DNA of 64,000 bases from Chrysomallon squamiferum (lineage: Eukaryota > Animalia > Mollusca), in the NCBI GenBank assembly GCA_012295275.1, contig CM022665.1, forward strand, positions 2,852,001-2,916,000, read 5' to 3'. Below, one piece after another: positions 59,616 through 64,000 of this stretch (position 1 is the stretch's first letter; every line of letters starts with the position of its first letter). Under the pieces are notes generated by a model, which was given only the letters and a program-made list of their open reading frames with translations, made no database searches and was not told where the DNA came from. Both the position numbers and the translations under genes were made by a program.

Positions 59616-60802
59616 TGTAGACAGTTATTTCTATGTAATATATATATTTTAATAAAAGCTTTCAGACGATGTTTAGACATAACTGAAAATATACTGAATA
59701 TTTTAATCAAAGAATACTCAAATTCACTTCAATTTACGAATTCTTCGAACAAAGAGCAGTGTGTGAATGCCATGATAATAATATTTTATTTAAAAAATGT
59801 ATTATATATATATATATATATATATATACTGTTTATATTGTTCGGTAAGTAATTTATTACATATTTATTATTGTTTGTTGATACACTACAGTTTGTTTAT
59901 GTTGAAAATATAGTGTCTGGAACTACATACATAATTTACATTAATTCTTCTTTATACATCGTCTCGTTATTCGTCGTATTTTCACGGTATGCACTGTACA
60001 ACTACAACTACAACAACAACAACAACAAAGTGGGTAAAACCGCAGTCTCAATCTTGATAAACACAGATTTCGTCAGTGGGCTGTTAAGATTTGTTTGTCA
60101 CCGCAGATTCGTGAATAAAGATGTCATACAAAAACATCAGCGTATCATTATTAGCTTGTTACATCAACCAGTGGTTTCCCTGTGTGCCTGTCGCTGTGGC
60201 CAGAGTTCTCCGTCAGTTCAGCTAAACAAATTCGTGTTACCTCCCTTTAGTGGAAAAAAAAAAAAAAAAAAAAAAAAGAAAAACGTTTTAACTTTTAAAA
60301 GAGGATTCTAGACACCATGCAATGATTTGTAATTATACTGTTTAAGTTAACAATGTCGCTGGGAAAAAAAAAAAAAATATATATATATATAATTTTTTAT
60401 TTTAAATTTTAATAACGAAAACTAAAAACGCCTAATTAGATCTTTAACGTGAAGTGAATTTAGGGCCCTCAAAAAGCACTGAAACGATTCAAATTGTTCA
60501 GACTGGTGTTGTCTGTATTAGAAGACAACATGTGTTGTGAAAATATGAAAGTATTTAGATGTGAAGTGAGATCTAGATTAGTAGAAGGAATATTAATTAT
60601 GAATAAATTCATGAAATGTCGAAGGACATTTTAATATTTAGACAGTTGTCTTACTGAATATTTCTGTTTTCGCTGACTTCAATTAAATGTTGATAATTTA
60701 GTCTTTGTGCAGATTTAGAAAGGGATGTTTTAGCACTGCTAGGGTATATTTATAATTTAATCTTAACAGTAACACTGTGTAAAGGCTTTGGTTTGCCACA
60801 AA

Positions 60803-60837
<35 letters not shown>

Positions 60838-61040
60838 ACAAAAAGAAACCAATAATAAATATTTAATGAAGCAATAAAATAAATAAATTAATTAAATTAA
60901 CTTAAAATAATAACAAAATGTCTTTTTTGTTTACTGTTTTTATTTTGAACATAATCACATACAAATTGGAACAAGTATATACTAAATAAACTACGAATAT
61001 CAAATGGAATGAAAAACATGAATTATAAATAGCGAAATGA

Positions 61041-62557
61041 TCACCATGAAGTTTTATTTTGTATGTGAAAATATCTCACAAAATTATAAAATAAATCATT
61101 TTTATCAGTCAAGTAAAATGAAATTTTACATGTTTGATATAAAAAAAAAATTGGTAGAAATTTTTTATTAAGTTTATTGAAGGGATCTTCATTTACACTT
61201 ACAAACGGTGCAATTTCTGGAAGAACGCGTCTGTACTTTTTCAGCAACATTAAAGCTAGTTCAAATGCTTTTGAGCTGTCGTCAGTTATTAATACATTGC
61301 TAAGGCTTTTAGTCCACGTGTTGTGAAAAGATGAAAGCTTTTTATACTGATTATCAATCAACACGTGAGGTATGCTTAGCAGAGTGCACAAAATGTGGCC
61401 GTGAAGACGGTCAGTGATGACCACTCGTCCACGCTGCAGAAAAATGAGTCCGTTGTTTGCTATGAGGAAAGCGTTTTCCATTGACGTCGACCCTTTCGGA
61501 GTCGTCCAGCCCCACCAGTCGGATATCTTCACCGTGACGTTTTTCGGCAGCGTTTTCTCCCGGACGGAATAGTGAGGAGATTCGCTGTCTTTTCGTTTCA
61601 GCCACATTACGTCGTAAACGGGCGAAATGAATCTCCGAACCGGACCGATCTGAAAGGCCATGTCAGGCGCCATGACGAGTGTGGTTCCGTTATTCCAGTA
61701 CTTGAGAGCGAAGTCCAACGACTGCTTGTCTCTCAGCACGATGGTGAGGTTAGGATTGCAGCAGTAAAGTCTCTGGCAGCGGTCAAAGTGACTTCCACCG
61801 AACTGACGTACGTACACACTCTGCGGAAATACGACGATCTTGAAGCCTGGAAAACGCGGGAAGAAACGCTCTCGCAGAATGTCGTTCATGGCATATCCCA
61901 AAAGATTTCCTCCGCCGTGAACGAGAATCACAAGTTCTTCCGTAGAATAACTCTTACTTACATTCTCAGCGTACTCCTGAATTTCGTCTCTCATGCAGAT
62001 GTTGAAATTGCAGTAGTACACGACTTCTATTTGTAGACGACGTAGCAAATAAACTTCACCCACAGTAATTGCAGGATCACCTTTATTTTCAAATGAAGCA
62101 ATATCAAAGAATATGGCGTATTTGAAGCTACCAATGAGATCTTCAAATATATTAAAGTGTATCCTTTGAGCCTCACGTATTATCTCAGTGTTTGTGTTGA
62201 GCATCTGGGATAGCTGATGCGCGTTGTATCCATGATGTATAAGACGCAATTTCAGAAATTTTTCTAATTCTATCTTATTTTGTTTTAGGTAACTAGATTC
62301 CAGGTCTGGATAAAGCTTTGTCTGGCTTAAAAGTTTGAAAGATTCTGCCCCGAACGTTCTTTGCTGAAATACTTCTGCCAGAGAAATATCGGCTTTCTTA
62401 GTTTCTGAAAGACTAGCATCTCCTGTTTCATGATTGCGGGTAAATTTGGAGATTATTCCGCAACTGCCAACAAGTGCAGACACTGCAGTAACTAATACTA
62501 CAAACATCACTAGAAGCATTCTTCTGTCGTATTTGCTTGACTTTGGTACATCAGCTG
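61041..62557 (-). CDS. Polysaccharide pyruvyltransferase (Pvg1/EpsO-like) domain with N-terminal signal-anchor helix; second exon of the fusion gene
   Basis: Motifs NKGDPAITVGE, HGGGNL, FPQS, RDKQS, PDMAF, RKDSES, DW and VVITDRLHGHILCTLLSIPHVLIDNQYKKL are typical of the PS_pyruv_trans family. Acceptor TTTTCTTTAG|CAG is in phase with the upstream exon. The extreme C-terminus is uncertain. Confidence 0.9.
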
Positions 62558-62645
62558 CTAAAGAAAATGTTTTTAATTATAACCAATAGAAATTATCTAA
62601 TTATTACACACAAACACACACAAACATTGTCTCACTGAATTTTAA

Positions 62646-62691
<46 letters not shown>

Positions 62692-62824
62692 CAGTAATAA
62701 AAAAAAAAAAAAAAAAAAAAAAAAATGTATAACATTATAGCAATAATAACTTAATAACATTAAAATAAGGAGTTTTATAGAAAGATTATAAATATTTTTG
62801 TATTTGTTGTTAATACTGACATAC

Positions 62825-63788
62825 CTGGTATGATGCCGTTTTCTTTGGTTGTGTCGTTACTGGTTATTTTTTCGTGTAGCAGTATCACAAGTCCCAGCGA
62901 ACAGACCACGAGACCGCCAAAGTTCCACACATTCGCGTGTCTTTGTCCGAACAGATACAGCAAGAAGACAACAGAGACTCTTTTCAGGATGTTGCAGACT
63001 GCGTGGCTGAGGACTGTCATACAGCGCAGGACGACGTTGGTAGACACGTAGGAGTAAACCACGTGAAAGAAGCTCGACATGAGCATCACGGAAATGACAA
63101 ACAGGGACGTTTTAGGAATGACTTTTCTCGTTTCTGCGGCATAAATCAAAGCAGCGAAAACGACAGAACTCGTCACAACAGTTACGATGTTGATGACAGG
63201 TCGAAGTCGACTCTCTTTGGATTTAGTTTGTCCTAGTTTTATGGCAACGTTTCTTACCGCTAAGATGATGTTGGAGCTAAATGCCAAAAGCGCGCCTAAA
63301 GAGACGGAGAACGTTGCAAACGGGTTACCCACAAACACGACGGCGCCCAGTACAATTAACGGCAGACTAACTAATGTTGATGTTGTCACCGACGTTGCCA
63401 GGACGAGACGCTGAACCAGAGCTGTCGTGATGGGTTCCATCAGTTTGATGGCAAACGTCGACGACGCTGTCATGAATCCCATGCTGCAGTTCGTGCAGAA
63501 GGTGGCAGCAACGTGCGACAGCGTCATGACGTAGAACACACTGTCTTTTCGTTGTTGGATGTCCACTAATAAAAAACACATGACTGTTTGTGAGAAAGTC
63601 AGAGCTAAAGAGAACAGAACTGTGTAATCGTGGTGTCGGACAGAAGTAATGCTGGTGTAAAGGAAGGCTTTGGCAGTCTGATGACAAAGAAAAGAGACGA
63701 CTGTCCAGGTTAGAAAGATGCACACTCCTTGTACGACACGAAACTTTGATATCTGAAAGCAAATTGTTACATCGTCATTTTCCACGCC
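62825..63788 (-). CDS. Triose-phosphate transporter (TPT/SLC35E/DMT) family domain, probable Golgi PEP transporter; exon of a transporter-pyruvyltransferase fusion gene (5' end probably outside window)
   Basis: Multi-pass hydrophobic ORF with TPT-family signatures STFAIKLMEPITT, FSSNIILAVRNVAIK and FHVVYSYVS...LSHAVCNILKRVSVV. Acceptor TTATTTTAG| at 63789 and donor CCAG|GTATGT at 62824 (phase 1). The track's start codon is GTG, so the real ATG is probably in an upstream exon. Confidence 0.85.
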
Positions 63789-64000
63789 CTAAAATAATGT
63801 GTGCAAGTCAAAAGTTTCGGATTATGTGCTGTTTTGTTATTATTTCTATTACACTGCTTCTATTACCATTACCTTTACAACAGTCACCACTACAAAGACA
63901 ATGATAACGATGCTTGCTACTGTTAAATTGCTACTACTACTATTACTCCTACTGCTGCTATTATACTGCTACTACTACTACTACTACTAATGTTTCTACT

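Noticed and set aside
25000-60900. A second clustered PRD-class homeobox gene (Gsc, Otp, Rx, Hbn) or an Otx duplicate
   Set aside because: No second homeobox exon seen in the ORF track or by reading; very short exons could be missed.
61411-63762. Alternative-frame and antisense ORFs (e.g. 61572-62036 +, 63367-63762 -)
   Set aside because: Shadows of the real minus-strand coding exons.
61041-63788. Bacterial contamination or a two-gene operon
   Set aside because: Canonical in-phase spliceosomal sites, a microsatellite-filled intron and flanks, and a eukaryote-type TPT domain.

Overview
AT-rich, microsatellite-dense eukaryotic genomic DNA. It looks like an invertebrate; a lophotrochozoan or mollusc is inferred from protein style and repeat content, not proven. 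Two real genes are supported. (1) A plus-strand Otx/orthodenticle homeobox gene has three core coding exons (16439-16562, 19943-20094, 22860-23420; 278 aa), and splice-site evidence suggests several alternative promoters and first exons between about 6.7 and 16.1 kb. (2) A minus-strand gene at the right end appears as two separate ORFs in the track, but they splice in frame across a 267-nt GT-AG intron. The product is one protein: an N-terminal TPT/SLC35-type phosphorylated-sugar (probable PEP) transporter, an extra signal-anchor helix, and a luminal polysaccharide pyruvyltransferase (Pvg1/EpsO-like). This transporter-enzyme fusion, which implies Golgi glycan pyruvylation in an animal, is the most interesting item. 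About 36 kb between the genes is a gene desert with GC/CpG-richer non-coding islands (candidate Otx enhancers), dispersed short repeats and many simple repeats. Almost all other ORFs in the track are microsatellite artefacts.
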